A stretch of 64,000 nucleotides of DNA, from assembly GCA_964291675.2 (NCBI GenBank), contig OZ219866.1, positions 2,944,001-3,008,000 of the forward strand, read 5' to 3'. How positions within the stretch are numbered: position 1 is the stretch's first letter; each line of letters opens with the position of its first letter. Origin of the DNA: Alphaproteobacteria bacterium (GTDB lineage Bacteria; Pseudomonadota; Alphaproteobacteria; MPNO01). Both the position numbers and the translations under genes were made by a program. The notes under the pieces were generated by a model. That model worked only from the letters and a program-made list of their open reading frames with translations, did not search any database and was not told the origin of the DNA. Below are positions 21,334-32,216 of the stretch, piece by piece.

Positions 21334-24317
21334 CGGCGATCCTTTCCTGTCGTGGCCTCGGCCGCGGCCGCGGGTCCGGCGACGATCTCCTCGAAATGCC
21401 GGTACGACCGGGCGGCGAGGGCGAGGCTCCTCTCTTCGAGCGCCGCGTAGTCCGCCGAGCCCGTTGCGCGGGCGACGAATTCCTGCAACGCGGGCGATTC
21501 GTGGCGGCCCGCCACCCCGGCGCCGAAGGCCAGGCGAACGATCCCCTGCAGCCGCCGCCACAGCGTCATCGCCTCGATCAGCTCGCCGGCGACCGACGGG
21601 TCCAGGCAACCGGCGGCGGCCAGCCGTTCGAGCGCGTCGGTGGTATCGGTCGACAGCACCTCGGGGTGGCTGTGGGCGTGGCGAAGCTGGAGATACTGGG
21701 CGATGAACTCGATGTCGATCATGCCGCCGCGAAACCGCTTGATCGACCAGAAGTCGTCGACCGCAAGCTCCCGCTCCATTCTGTCGCGCATGTCGGCGAC
21801 CGCAGAGACCAGCCGGTCCGGGTCGCGCTCCCGGGTGAGCACCGACGCGATGGTCTTCTCGATGCGCGCGGCGAACGCTTCCGGCGCGGCGATCACCCTG
21901 GCGCGGGTCAGCGCCAGATGCTCCCAGGTCCAGGCATCTTCGTTCTGATAGCGCGTGAACGCCGCGAGCGAGGTGGCGATCGGCCCCGACGCGCCGGCCG
22001 GGCGCAGCCGCATGTCGACCTCGTAGAGACTCCCTTCGTTGGTCGGCGCCGACATGGCGCCGATGAAGCGCTGGCACAGCCGGGCGTAGTAGGTCTGGCA
22101 GGGCAGCGGGCGCGAACCGTCGGACTCGGCATGCTCGTCCCCGGTCTCGTAGAGGAACAGGAGATCGAGGTCCGACTCGGTGGTGAGCTCCCGCCCGCCG
22201 AGCTTGCCGAAACCGAGCACGGCGAAGGCGCTGTCCGGCACCGCGCCGTGCCTGCGCGCGAAATCGCGCGCGGTCGCGGGCAGCAGGGCGCGCACGCAGG
22301 CCGTGGCGATGTCGGCCAGCGGCCGGCCCGCCTCCGCCCCGTCGATCCGGCCGTTGAGCATCTGCACGCCGATCTCGAACACGCGGACGTTGTTCCAGTA
22401 GCGGCAGGCGTCGAGAACGTCCTCGTAGTGGTGGGCTTCGGCGAGCGCCCGTTCGAGGTCGGCGGCGAGCCCCTCGCTGCCGGCGCCGGGGTCCAGCGAC
22501 CCGGGCTGCAAGACGCCTTCGAGCATGATCGGGTGACGGCTGAGCAGGTTCGCGAGCCGGGGGGCGCTTCCCATGATCCTGGCGAGCAGCGCCAGCAGCG
22601 CCGGGTTGTTGGTGAACAGCGAGAGGATGTGCACCCCGGCCGGAAGCGTGCGCAGGAAGTCGTCGAAGCGGAGCAGCGCGGCGTCCGGGTCGTTGGTGGT
22701 CGACAGGGTCTCCAGCACGGTCGGGATGAGCTCGGTCAACAGCTCGCGCGCCCGCGCGCTGCGGGTCGACGAGTAGCGGCCGTGATGCCAGATGCGGATG
22801 CGCTCGGCCACCCGGCCGGGCTCCCGGAAGCCCATCCGCGACAGGGTCTCCAGGGTTTCCGGGTCGTCCTCGGCGCCGGTGAAGACCAGGTTTCCCGGAC
22901 CCGACAGATCGGGGGTCTTTTCGAACAGCACGGCGTAGTGCGATTCGACGGCGCGCAGCTCCTCCAGCAGCGCCGCCTCGAACGCCGCCCGGCCGTCATA
23001 CCCCATGAGAAGGGCGATGCGTTCCAGCTCCGCCTCGTCCTGCGGCAGGGAATGGGTCTGCTGGTCGTCGATCATCTGCAGGCGATTCTCGATCCGGCGG
23101 TGAAACCGGTAGGCCTGGATCAGCCGGCTGCTGACGACGGATTCGAGAAGACCCGCGCGCGCCAGCGCGCGCAGCGCATCGCAGGTGTCGCGGACCCTCA
23201 ACGAGGAATCGCGCCCGCCCCAGATGAGCTGCTGGGTCTGGGCGAAGAACTCGATCTCGCGGATGCCGCCGCGGCCCAGCTTGATGTCGTGCCCGGCTAC
23301 GTCCATCGTCGAGCCGCCGCGCCGGGCGTTGATCTGGCGCTTGATCGAATGGATGTCCTGGATGGCGAAGAAATCGAGGCTCTTGCGCCAGACGAACGGA
23401 TGCAGCATTTCGAGAAACGCTTCTCCCGCCACGATGTCGCCGGCGATCGGGCGGGCCTTGATCATCGCCGCCCGTTCCCAGTTCTGGCCGGCGCTCTCGT
23501 AATAGATCTCGGCCGCCCTTGTGGCGACCGCGACCGGCGTGGATCCCGGATCGGGGCGCAGCCTCAGATCGGTGCGGAAGACGTAGCCGTCACTGGTCCG
23601 TTCGGCCATCACCTTGACCAGGTTCTGGGTGAGGCGGATCATGCATTGCTGAAGGCTGGTTCTGCCCGTGTATTCGATCAGCGCGCCGTCATAGAGCACG
23701 ATCAGGTCGATATCGCTCGAGTAGTTGAGCTCGCGCCCGCCGAGCTTCCCCATGCCGAGCACGATCCATCCTGAGGCGAGCGACGGATGGTCCGGCGCGG
23801 GCAGCGCGATTTCGCCCGCCGCCGCCGCCCCGGCGAGCAGGTGGTCGACGGCGATCTCCAGCGAGCGCTGGGCGAAGTCGGAGAGACGGGCGCACACGGT
23901 CTCCACCGGCCAGGCGCCGCTCAGATCGGCGACGGCGGTTGCGAGCGAGGTTCTTCTCTTGGCGACGCGAAGCGCCGACATTATCTCTTCGGTGCCGGCA
24001 TCGTGCGGCCCCATGCGATCGAGCGTCGCCATCGTCCGATCCCACGCCGCCTGCACGCCATCGGCGAGCAAGTCACAGGCGAATGCGATATCGCGGATGG
24101 CACAATGGGTGAGGAAGGGGCTGTTACCGAACACCGTCGAAAGCACTGAGCGCGCAGCCGGGTCGGCGGCGAGCGCGCGGGCGCGGCGCGCGGTTTCCGG
24201 CGCGGCCTCGGAAGCGGCCTCTTCCCAGCGTTCGAACGCGAGCTCGGCCGCCGCCGGGTTTGCCGGCCGGGGGAGGTCTCCGGTGTCGGCGACGGGTTGT
24301 TCTGCGGTCGGCGTCAA
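21330..24317 (-). CDS. glnE: Glutamine synthetase adenylyltransferase
   Basis: Two nucleotidyltransferase repeats, GMGKLGGRELNYSSDIDL and GFGKLGGRELTTESDLDL; DLRLRP, GGIREIEF. Confidence 0.96.
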   Translation of the reverse strand: MTPTAEQPVADTGDLPRPANPAAAELAFERWEEAASEAAPETARRARALAADPAARSVLSTVFGNSPFLTHCAIRDIAFACDLLADGVQAAWDRTMATLDRMGPHDAGTEEIMSALRVAKRRTSLATAVADLSGAWPVETVCARLSDFAQRSLEIAVDHLLAGAAAAGEIALPAPDHPSLASGWIVLGMGKLGGRELNYSSDIDLIVLYDGALIEYTGRTSLQQCMIRLTQNLVKVMAERTSDGYVFRTDLRLRPDPGSTPVAVATRAAEIYYESAGQNWERAAMIKARPIAGDIVAGEAFLEMLHPFVWRKSLDFFAIQDIHSIKRQINARRGGSTMDVAGHDIKLGRGGIREIEFFAQTQQLIWGGRDSSLRVRDTCDALRALARAGLLESVVSSRLIQAYRFHRRIENRLQMIDDQQTHSLPQDEAELERIALLMGYDGRAAFEAALLEELRAVESHYAVLFEKTPDLSGPGNLVFTGAEDDPETLETLSRMGFREPGRVAERIRIWHHGRYSSTRSARARELLTELIPTVLETLSTTNDPDAALLRFDDFLRTLPAGVHILSLFTNNPALLALLARIMGSAPRLANLLSRHPIMLEGVLQPGSLDPGAGSEGLAADLERALAEAHHYEDVLDACRYWNNVRVFEIGVQMLNGRIDGAEAGRPLADIATACVRALLPATARDFARRHGAVPDSAFAVLGFGKLGGRELTTESDLDLLFLYETGDEHAESDGSRPLPCQTYYARLCQRFIGAMSAPTNEGSLYEVDMRLRPAGASGPIATSLAAFTRYQNEDAWTWEHLALTRARVIAAPEAFAARIEKTIASVLTRERDPDRLVSAVADMRDRMERELAVDDFWSIKRFRGGMIDIEFIAQYLQLRHAHSHPEVLSTDTTDALERLAAAGCLDPSVAGELIEAMTLWRRLQGIVRLAFGAGVAGRHESPALQEFVARATGSADYAALEERSLALAARSYRHFEEIVAGPAAAAEATTGKDRR

Positions 24318-24395
24318 GCGCGGTTCTCCGGCGGTGGAGAGGCCGACCGAAAGTGTTCCCTCGGCCGTTCCCGGTCAAGCGGGCGCGGGCTCGCC

Positions 24396-27300
24396 ATGAT
24401 GCGCCGCCTGCTCCGCATCGGCGTCGACGTCGCCCTGCTCAGCGCCCTCACGCTGGTCGGTCTGACCCTTTTCGGCGCGTGGAAAATTTCCGAAGGCCCG
24501 GTATCCCTCGGCTTTCTCAAGCCCCATGTGGAGCGGCGGCTGGCCGCGCTCGACCTCCCCCACCGCATCGCCTTCTCCGACCTCGTGCTGACCTGGGGCG
24601 GCACAAGACGGCCGCTCGATCTGGTGATGTCGGACGCCGAGCTGCGCGGCAGGGACGATGTCGTGGTCGCCAAGGTTCCCGAACTCTCCATCGGGCTGTC
24701 GCCGGCCGCGCTTCTGGACGGCAGGCTGGTGCTCAAGACGATCCGCCTGAGCGACGCCGCGGTTTCGGTGATGCGGCGCAAGGACGGCACGTTGAGCATC
24801 GGCCTGGCCGGGGAGGGCGGCCGATCCCTCACGCTGTTCGAGTCCGGCGGCGAGGGCGGGTCCGGCGAGAGCCTGCTGGGGAAGCTCGAACGCGTCGCCA
24901 TCCACCGCGCCTCGGTCTCGCTGGAGGACCGGCTGCTCGGGCTGCGCATGAGCCCCGACCGGGTATCGGTCGATTTCGAGCGCCGGGACCGGGCGATCGT
25001 CAGCGTGTTCGACCTCGACGGCTGGTCCGGCGACGAGCGGCTCTCGATGGCGGGCGTGGCGGAATACCGGCTGGCGGACCGCACCACCCATGTCGCGCTC
25101 GACTTCGCCGGCCTGGTGCCCGACCGCCTGGCGGCGATCCTCGCCGGCTGGTTCCCCCGCCTTCCCGACCTCCGGGGCGTCTCGGTTCCGCTTGAGGGGC
25201 ATCTCGCCGCGACCTCCGACGCCGGCGGCAGCATCCGCGACGCGCGCTTCGCCATCAGCGGCGGCGCGGGGTCGCTGCGCCTGGCCGAGCTCGGCAATCA
25301 CCGCTACGACATCCGTTCGCTCGTCCTCGACGGAAGTTACGGCGCCGCCGACGGGGCGGTCGAGATCGACCGGCTGGACATCGATTTCGGCAAGCCCAGG
25401 CTGTCCCTGACCGGCAGGCTCGCCGGGGTCGATCGTAAGCCGCGGCTGAACGCGCGCGCGAAGCTCGTCGGGATGACCATGTCGGCGCTGCCGCGCTACT
25501 GGCCCGAGGGGGTGGCCGAGGGCGCGCGAAGCTGGCTGGCCGCCAATCTGAACCGGGGCGAAGTCCGCGATCTGGCCGCCGATCTCGCGCTCTCCTTTGC
25601 CGATGGCGGGGCCAGGATCGAGCGGGTCGAGGTGACCCTCGGCATGGTGCGCGCGACCCTCCACTACCTAAAGCCGCTGCCCCCCATTACCGAGGCCCGG
25701 GGCTCCGTCACCATCGGCCGCGACCGGATACGGATCGCCGTCGACGGGGGCGGGGTTTCCGATCTCGTCCTGTCCGAGGGGCTGATCCACATCACCGGTC
25801 TCTCGGCGGACACGGCGCATATGGCGTTGCAGGGCCGGGTGACCGGGCCGCTGGCCACGGCGCTCTCGGTGCTCGACCATCCGCGCCTGGGCTACGCATC
25901 CAAGGTCGGTCTCCGGCCGGGCGGGGTGCGCGGCAGGCTGGCGATGCGGATCGAGGCGAGCTTTCCGCTGATCGACGCGCTGGCGCTCGACGACGCGAAG
26001 ATCGGCGCGGCGGGCACGCTCACCGGCGCGGTCGCCGACGGGGCGTTCCTCGGCGAGGACCTGGCCGACGGGGCGCTGCGTTTCACGCTCAACAACCAGG
26101 GTATGAAGATCGACGGAGATGCGCGCGTTTCCGGCGTCTCCGCCGCCGTCGGCTGGCGCGAGGATTTTACCGGCACCGAGGAGCCGCGCCGGCGCTACAG
26201 CGTGCGGGCGCGGCTCACCGAAGCCGACCGGGAGCGCCTCGGCGTGACCCTCGCCCCGCTGGTGCGGGGACCGGTCTCGGTGGCCGCGGATTACGCCGTG
26301 TTCTCCGGCGGTGCCGCCCGCGCGACGGGCACGCTCGACGCCGCCGAAGCGGAGGTCGCCCTGCCCCCCCTCGAATGGTGGAAACCGCCCGGCGTGAAGG
26401 GACGGGCGTCGTTCGAAATCGCCTTCGACAAGGGCCGCGCGCGGGCGATCCGCATCAAGGACCTCGTGGCCGGCGATCTCCGGGCGGCGGGTCGGGTCAG
26501 GCTCGACCGCGGAAGCATAAGCAGGGTGGAGATCGACCGCCTCGCCGTCCCCGACCGCTTCGACCTTGCGGGCGCGCTGTCGATCGACGAGGCGGAGGGC
26601 TGGACGATCGACGCCGGCGGCCGGCTGTTCGACGCCGCGCCGATCCAGCGCCTGACCCAGGGAGAGGGCGAATCCAGCCTGCCGCCGCTGCGCATCGCCG
26701 CCCGGCTCGATCGCGTGCTGCTCACCGCCGGGCGGTCGGTCGAGAAGGCGTCGCTCGCCGCCCGCTACCGCGACGGGAGCTGGCAGGCGATCGACCTCTC
26801 CGGCCGGTTTCCCAACGGAAAGCGCTTCGATCTCAGCTACCGCCCCCGCGACGGCGCCGGACGGCTGCAGGCGACCAGCATGGATGCCGGGGAGATGCTG
26901 GGCCTGGTGGGCGAGACCAAATGGGTCCGCGGCGGCCGGCTGACCGTTGCCGCCGAGGGCCAGACCGGCGATCGGGAAGGGCAGTGGAAGGGCAGGATCG
27001 CCATCCGCGACTTCGTGCTCACCGGCGCGCCCAGGCTGGTGCAGGCGCTGCGCCTTGCCTCGCTCGGCGCCCTGTCGGAGGAGCTCGGCGGGCGCGGCGT
27101 GCGGGTGACCGCGCTCGACATCCCGTTCACCCATGGCGGGTCGAAGCTCCGCTTCGCCGAGGCGCGGGCGTTCGGTCCGGGAATCGGCGTCACCGGCAGC
27201 GGGACCATCGACGTCGACGAGGAGACCGTTGAGATCGACGGCACCCTGGTGCCCGCCTATCCGCTCAACGCGGCGCTTGGCGAGGTTCCGGGCATCGGTT

Positions 27301-27488
27301 TTATCTTTTCCGCCGAGAAGGGCGGCGGCCTGTTCGCCGCGCCCTTCGCGATCCGCGGCAAGGTCGAACAGCCGTCCTTCACCGTGAACCCGCTCGGCGT
27401 GCTGACGCCCGGCGTGTTCCGCAACATCTTCCGGATATTCGACAGCAAGCGCGAGGACCCGCCGCCGGAGCCGCAGCCCAAGCGGTGA
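24396..27488 (+). CDS. AsmA-like/YhdP family large membrane protein
   Basis: N-terminal TM, long beta-rich body, C-terminal GTLVPAY...VNPLGVLTPG; usual position between glnE and tyrS. Confidence 0.8.
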   Translation: MMRRLLRIGVDVALLSALTLVGLTLFGAWKISEGPVSLGFLKPHVERRLAALDLPHRIAFSDLVLTWGGTRRPLDLVMSDAELRGRDDVVVAKVPELSIGLSPAALLDGRLVLKTIRLSDAAVSVMRRKDGTLSIGLAGEGGRSLTLFESGGEGGSGESLLGKLERVAIHRASVSLEDRLLGLRMSPDRVSVDFERRDRAIVSVFDLDGWSGDERLSMAGVAEYRLADRTTHVALDFAGLVPDRLAAILAGWFPRLPDLRGVSVPLEGHLAATSDAGGSIRDARFAISGGAGSLRLAELGNHRYDIRSLVLDGSYGAADGAVEIDRLDIDFGKPRLSLTGRLAGVDRKPRLNARAKLVGMTMSALPRYWPEGVAEGARSWLAANLNRGEVRDLAADLALSFADGGARIERVEVTLGMVRATLHYLKPLPPITEARGSVTIGRDRIRIAVDGGGVSDLVLSEGLIHITGLSADTAHMALQGRVTGPLATALSVLDHPRLGYASKVGLRPGGVRGRLAMRIEASFPLIDALALDDAKIGAAGTLTGAVADGAFLGEDLADGALRFTLNNQGMKIDGDARVSGVSAAVGWREDFTGTEEPRRRYSVRARLTEADRERLGVTLAPLVRGPVSVAADYAVFSGGAARATGTLDAAEAEVALPPLEWWKPPGVKGRASFEIAFDKGRARAIRIKDLVAGDLRAAGRVRLDRGSISRVEIDRLAVPDRFDLAGALSIDEAEGWTIDAGGRLFDAAPIQRLTQGEGESSLPPLRIAARLDRVLLTAGRSVEKASLAARYRDGSWQAIDLSGRFPNGKRFDLSYRPRDGAGRLQATSMDAGEMLGLVGETKWVRGGRLTVAAEGQTGDREGQWKGRIAIRDFVLTGAPRLVQALRLASLGALSEELGGRGVRVTALDIPFTHGGSKLRFAEARAFGPGIGVTGSGTIDVDEETVEIDGTLVPAYPLNAALGEVPGIGFIFSAEKGGGLFAAPFAIRGKVEQPSFTVNPLGVLTPGVFRNIFRIFDSKREDPPPEPQPKR

Positions 27489-27497
27489 CCGGGCCGG

Positions 27498-28754
27498 TCA
27501 GACCGGCGTCACGATGACATGCCGCTTGCGGCCGGCCGACAGCTTCATCACCCCGTCCGGCGTCAGATCGCCCAGCGTGACCGTCTGCATCTCGCTGTTG
27601 AAGGCGCGGTCGTTGAGCCGGCCGCCGCCGCCCCGGATCAGCCGCCGCGCATCGGCCCTGGACGCAGCGAGCCCGGCGCGCGCGATCAGGTCGAAAGCCG
27701 CGATCCCGCTCTCCAGCTCGGACCGGTCGAGCGCGTAGCGCGGCAGGTCCGACCCCAGCGCGCCGTCCTCGAAGGTGGTGCGCGCGGTCGCCTCGGCGCG
27801 CCTCGCCTCCGCCGCGCCGTGGCACAGCGCCGTCGCCTCGCGCGCCAGCACCTTCTTGGCCTCGTTGATCTCGGCGTCGCGCAACGCTTCGAGCCGGGCG
27901 ATCTCGTCGAGCGGCAGGGTCGTGAACAGCCGCAGGAACCGGCCGACATCGCCGTCGGCGGCGTTGCGCCAGAACTGGTAGTAGTCGTATGCGCTCACCC
28001 GGTCGGCGTTGAGCCAGACCGCGCCGCCCGCCGTCTTGCCCATCTTCTCGCCCGAAGCGGTGGTGATCAGCGGCGAGGTCAGCCCGTAGAGCGCCGCCCC
28101 GTCGGTGCGCCGTGCCAGCTCGATGCCGGAGACGATGTTGCCCCACTGGTCGGACCCGCCCATCTGCAGGATGCAGCCGGTCCGCCGGTAGAGCTCCATG
28201 AAGTCGTAGGCCTGGAGCACCATGTAGTTGAATTCGAGGAAGCTCAGCGGCTGCTCGCGGTCGAGCCTGAGCCGGACCGAATCGAAGCCCAGCATGCGGT
28301 TGATCGAGAAGTGGCGCCCGAATTCGCGCAGGAACGGGATATACGAGAGCCCGTCGAGCCAGTCCGCATTGTTCATCATCACCGCATCGGTCGGACCGTC
28401 GCCGAATGTCAGGAACTGCGAGAAGACCCGCTTGATGCCGTCCAAATTGGCGAGGATCCGCTCCTCCGAGAGCAGTTGACGGGATTCGTCCTTGCCCGAA
28501 GGGTCGCCCACCTTGGTGGTCCCGCCGCCCATCAGCACGATCGGCTTGTGGCCGGTCCGCTGCCACCAGCGCAGCAGCATGATCGGCATGAGCGAGCCCA
28601 CATGCAGGCTGTCCGCGGTGCAGTCGAAGCCGATATAGCAGAGCTTCGGCACGCCCTCGGAGAGCGCCGCGTCGAGCCCGCCCGCGTCGGTGCACTGGTG
28701 AACGAACCCGCGCTCGGCGACGGTTCTCAGGAAGTCCGAGCCGTAGACTGTCAT
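27498..28754 (-). CDS. tyrS: Tyrosine--tRNA ligase
   Basis: [30 protein letters not shown]. Confidence 0.97.
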   Translation of the reverse strand: MTVYGSDFLRTVAERGFVHQCTDAGGLDAALSEGVPKLCYIGFDCTADSLHVGSLMPIMLLRWWQRTGHKPIVLMGGGTTKVGDPSGKDESRQLLSEERILANLDGIKRVFSQFLTFGDGPTDAVMMNNADWLDGLSYIPFLREFGRHFSINRMLGFDSVRLRLDREQPLSFLEFNYMVLQAYDFMELYRRTGCILQMGGSDQWGNIVSGIELARRTDGAALYGLTSPLITTASGEKMGKTAGGAVWLNADRVSAYDYYQFWRNAADGDVGRFLRLFTTLPLDEIARLEALRDAEINEAKKVLAREATALCHGAAEARRAEATARTTFEDGALGSDLPRYALDRSELESGIAAFDLIARAGLAASRADARRLIRGGGGRLNDRAFNSEMQTVTLGDLTPDGVMKLSAGRKRHVIVTPV

Positions 28755-28874
28755 CGCAAACTCCAAGGAGCGTGGCGGCGCTCGGGCACAGCCTCCCGGC
28801 TGCCCGAAACCGTTGGCGCCCGCTTCGCCGGCCGGTTTAACATCCGGCCGTCCGAGAAACAAAGGGAGTCGACC

Positions 28875-29744
28875 ATGGAACCGAGCCGCACCGGGCCCTT
28901 CGCTTACGTTCCGATCAACCGGCGGGCGAAGCTCACCTGGCCCGGCGGGGCGCGGCTCGCCCTCTGGGTGATCCCCAATATCGAGATCTTTCCGCTCGAC
29001 GAACCGGTCCCCGGCGGCACCGGGATGGCGCCCGACATCATCAACTGGGCGCCGCGCGACTATGGCGCCAGGGTCGGGGTGTTCCGCATCATGGAGGTGC
29101 TGGAGCGTCACGGGGTCAGGGGCACCGTCGCCCTCAACTCGGAGGTCTGCGACGACTACCCCGAGATCGTCGAGGACGCCAGGGCGCTCGGCTGGGAGTT
29201 CATGGGCCACAACGAGAGCAACTCGCGCTACCTCCACCACATGGAGCCGGAGGCCGAGCGCGATACCGTGAAGCGCGTCTTCGACCGCATCGAGGCCGCG
29301 ACCGGGGCGCGGCCGCGCGGCTGGCTGTCGTCGGGGCTGCAGGAGAGCTGGCACACGCTCGATTATCTGATCGACAACGGCGCCGCGTATGTCGCCGACT
29401 GGATCAACGACGACCAGCCCTACCGGATGGATGTCGACGGGCGACAGATCTGCTCGATCCCCTATTCCGGCGAGATCAACGACCTGCCGGCGATGATCCG
29501 CATGGGGCGGACGGCGGAGGAGTTCGAGACCATGATCAAGCGCCAGTTCGACGTGCTGTACCGCGAAGGAGCCGAGTCCGGAAGGGTGATGGCGATCTGC
29601 CTCCACCCGTTCGTCATCGGCATGCCGCACCGGATCGGCGCGCTCGAAGGCGGGCTGGACTATATCTGCGCCCATGACGGCGTCTGGCGCGCCACCGGGT
29701 CGGAGATCGTCGACCACTATCTTGCGACCGTCCCCGCGGACTGA
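28875..29744 (+). CDS. Polysaccharide deacetylase family (PuuE/allantoinase-like)
   Basis: [30 protein letters not shown]. Confidence 0.85.
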   Translation: MEPSRTGPFAYVPINRRAKLTWPGGARLALWVIPNIEIFPLDEPVPGGTGMAPDIINWAPRDYGARVGVFRIMEVLERHGVRGTVALNSEVCDDYPEIVEDARALGWEFMGHNESNSRYLHHMEPEAERDTVKRVFDRIEAATGARPRGWLSSGLQESWHTLDYLIDNGAAYVADWINDDQPYRMDVDGRQICSIPYSGEINDLPAMIRMGRTAEEFETMIKRQFDVLYREGAESGRVMAICLHPFVIGMPHRIGALEGGLDYICAHDGVWRATGSEIVDHYLATVPAD

Positions 29745-29761
29745 CCGCGGGGCCTGCGGGC

Positions 29762-30841
29762 ATGGCCGGGGCGGAAGGCCACGCCTGGGTCGTCGGGCTG
29801 ATGAGCGGCACCTCGCTCGACGGCATCGACGCGGCGCTGATCGAGACCGACGGCGAGACCGTCCGCGCCTTCGGACCGGCGGCGACCTTCCCCTATCCCG
29901 CGGCGTTCCGCGCCCGGCTCGCGGCGACGCTCGGCCGGTCGTCGGGCTACGAGGCGGTCGAGTCCGAGCTCACCCGCCGCCATGCCGATGCGGTGCGGCG
30001 GCTCCTCGCCGGGCTTCCCGCCGACCGCCCGGCGCCCGCTCTGGTCGGGTTTCACGGCCACACGATCGACCATCGCCCGGGCGACGGGGTGACCGTGCAG
30101 ATCGGCGACGGCGGAGCGCTCGCGCGCGCGCTCAAGCTTCCGGTGGTCGACGATTTCCGCAGCGCCGACGTGGCGGCGGGCGGGCAGGGGGCGCCGCTCG
30201 CGCCGCTCTACCACGCGGCCCTGCTCGGCGATGCCGCGGCGCCGGTCGCGGTGCTCAATATCGGCGGCATGGCGAACCTGACCTGGATCGGCCGGCGTGC
30301 GCCGCCAATCGCCTTCGATACCGGACCCGGCAACGCGCTGCTCGATCAATGGGTGGAGCGCCACACCGGGCGGCGCTACGACGCGGACGGCGCGCTGGCG
30401 GCCACCGGGCGCGTCTCGCAGGAGGTCGTGGCGCGCTACCTCGCCGATCCCTGGTTCGACCGGGCGCCGCCCAAATCGCTCGACCGGCTGGATTTTTCCC
30501 TCGACCCCGTCGCCGGGCTGTCCGCGGCGGACGGCGCGGCGACGCTGGCCGAGGTCACCGCGGCCGCGGTCGCGCGCGCTCTCGCCCATCTGCCCGCGCC
30601 GCCGGCGCGCTGGCTGGTTGCCGGCGGGGGGCGCCGCAACCCGGTCATCATGGCGCGGCTCTCCGCCCTGCTCGGCGTCGCTTGCGACCCCGTCGAGGCG
30701 CAGGGCTGGCGGGGCGACGCGCTGGAGGCCGAGGCCTTCGCCTTTCTCGCGATGCGCAGCCGGCGCGGCCTCCCGCTCAGCCTGCCCACCACCACCGGCG
30801 TCGCCGCGCCGACCGCCGGCGGCAGGCTGCATCTGCCCTAG
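29762..30841 (+). CDS. anmK: Anhydro-N-acetylmuramic acid kinase
   Basis: [39 protein letters not shown]. Confidence 0.96.
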   Translation: MAGAEGHAWVVGLMSGTSLDGIDAALIETDGETVRAFGPAATFPYPAAFRARLAATLGRSSGYEAVESELTRRHADAVRRLLAGLPADRPAPALVGFHGHTIDHRPGDGVTVQIGDGGALARALKLPVVDDFRSADVAAGGQGAPLAPLYHAALLGDAAAPVAVLNIGGMANLTWIGRRAPPIAFDTGPGNALLDQWVERHTGRRYDADGALAATGRVSQEVVARYLADPWFDRAPPKSLDRLDFSLDPVAGLSAADGAATLAEVTAAAVARALAHLPAPPARWLVAGGGRRNPVIMARLSALLGVACDPVEAQGWRGDALEAEAFAFLAMRSRRGLPLSLPTTTGVAAPTAGGRLHLP

Positions 30842-30844
30842 GGT

Positions 30845-30961
30845 GCGTCCTTCGCTACGCCCCGGATCAAGTCCGGGGCTGCTCAGGATGAGGAGAGGTT
30901 GGCATGCCGCAAAAATACTTCCTCGTCCCGAGTAGGCGCGAAGCGCTGCACCGAGGGACGC
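30845..30961. repeat. MITE/REP-like palindromic element
   Basis: Terminal inverted repeat gcgtccttcg...cgagggacgc; internal ctcaggatgagg/cctcgtcccgag; related copy at 63836-63941. Confidence 0.75.
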
Positions 30962-30996
30962 CTCGCCGCATCGGCTCCATCGAGAGCGGACAGCTT

Positions 30997-31338
30997 CTAG
31001 CGGATCGGCCGGATCGCTACATCGCCGGACGCCGCCTCCCGCCGCCGGTCCTCGATCAGCGAGTCCGACAGGCTGACATCGGCGGGGACGGCCTTGCCAA
31101 GGATGCGCCGGGCCATGCGGACGGCCGCCGACGCGCTGGTCAGCCGGACGACGCCGTCGCCGTCGATCGTCGCGACCAGGGTGTCGCCTTCCTGCACTCC
31201 CATGGCCTCGCGGAAACCCGCCGGAATGACGATGCGTCCGCCGCGACCCATCTTCACCGCGATCCGATCGTCGGCTGGAGGGCCGTCCCGTCCCAGGTCG
31301 GTCGCGCGCCGCCCGTGCTCGGTCTTGTCCCGTCGCAT
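30997..31338 (-). CDS. AbrB/MazE-family antitoxin-like protein, orphan
   Basis: KMGRGGRIVIPAGFREAMGVQEGD motif, C-terminal SLSDSLIEDRRRE; no toxin follows. Confidence 0.8.
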   Translation of the reverse strand: MRRDKTEHGRRATDLGRDGPPADDRIAVKMGRGGRIVIPAGFREAMGVQEGDTLVATIDGDGVVRLTSASAAVRMARRILGKAVPADVSLSDSLIEDRRREAASGDVAIRPIR

Positions 31339-31340
31339 GC

Positions 31341-32003
31341 TCAGTCTTCCTCGCCTTCGCCCACGGGGCCGACGCGGGCGTCGAGATAGTCGTCCATGTG
31401 CCCGGTGAGCACGTCGAGGTGCTCGTTGAAGAAATGGTCGGCGCCCTCGATCACCCGGTAGTCGATGGTCACGCCGCGCTGGTTGGAGAGGTGCTCGGCG
31501 AGCTCGGCGACCGAATCCTGCGGCACCTGCTGGTCGGCATCGCCGTGCAGGAACAGGCCCGAGCACGGGCAGGGCGCGAGGAAGGAGAAGTCGTAGAGGC
31601 TCGCCGGCGGCGCGATGGAGACGAAGCTGGTAATCTCCGGCCGGCGCATCAGCAGCTGCATGCCGATCCAGGCGCCGAAGGAGAAGCCGCCGATCCAGCA
31701 TTGCGGCGCGTCGGGGTTGCAGGATTGCAGCCAGTCCAGCGCCGCCGCCGCGTCGCTGAGCTCGCCCAGCCCCTCGTCATAGACGCCTCGCGACCGCCCG
31801 ACCCCGCGGAAGTTGAAGCGCAGCGCCGAGAATCCACGCCTGGTGAACACCTGGAACGCCTGGAACACCACCCGGTTGTTCATCGTCCCGCCATATTGCG
31901 GGTGCGGATGGAGCAGGATCGCGATCGGCGCGTTGGGCGTCTTGCTGTGGTAGTAGCGGCCTTCCAGCCGTCCCTCGGGGCCGTTGAATATGACCTCGGG
32001 CAT
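31341..32003 (-). CDS. Alpha/beta hydrolase
   Basis: HPHPQYGGTMNN, GFSFG nucleophile elbow, GADHFF. Confidence 0.92.
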   Translation of the reverse strand: MPEVIFNGPEGRLEGRYYHSKTPNAPIAILLHPHPQYGGTMNNRVVFQAFQVFTRRGFSALRFNFRGVGRSRGVYDEGLGELSDAAAALDWLQSCNPDAPQCWIGGFSFGAWIGMQLLMRRPEITSFVSIAPPASLYDFSFLAPCPCSGLFLHGDADQQVPQDSVAELAEHLSNQRGVTIDYRVIEGADHFFNEHLDVLTGHMDDYLDARVGPVGEGEED

Positions 32004-32216
32004 CGCTGGAAATTCCTCCTCGCCTGGACCCGGCCGGGCATTATCGGCGGTTGACAGGTCAGGACGCGCAACTAGGTTTGCGACGCCGCCGGTATATCGG
32101 CTGGCGCGGACGGCGAATGCTCCGCCCGCGAGAGCGTCGGCATTTATATCATAACCGCGGCACCGGACTTCAAGGAGGCCGGCTTCGTTCGAGCGGGCCG
32201 GCGCGGAAGACGAGCG

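Noticed and set aside
28875-29744. Deacetylase between tyrS and anmK as a new peptidoglycan-recycling step
   Set aside because: Motifs fit the PuuE/allantoinase-like group; adjacency alone is not enough support.
32004-32216. No cysE or Rrf2 gene ahead of the cysteine desulfurase
   Set aside because: Gene content at this locus varies among Alphaproteobacteria and no remnant is visible.
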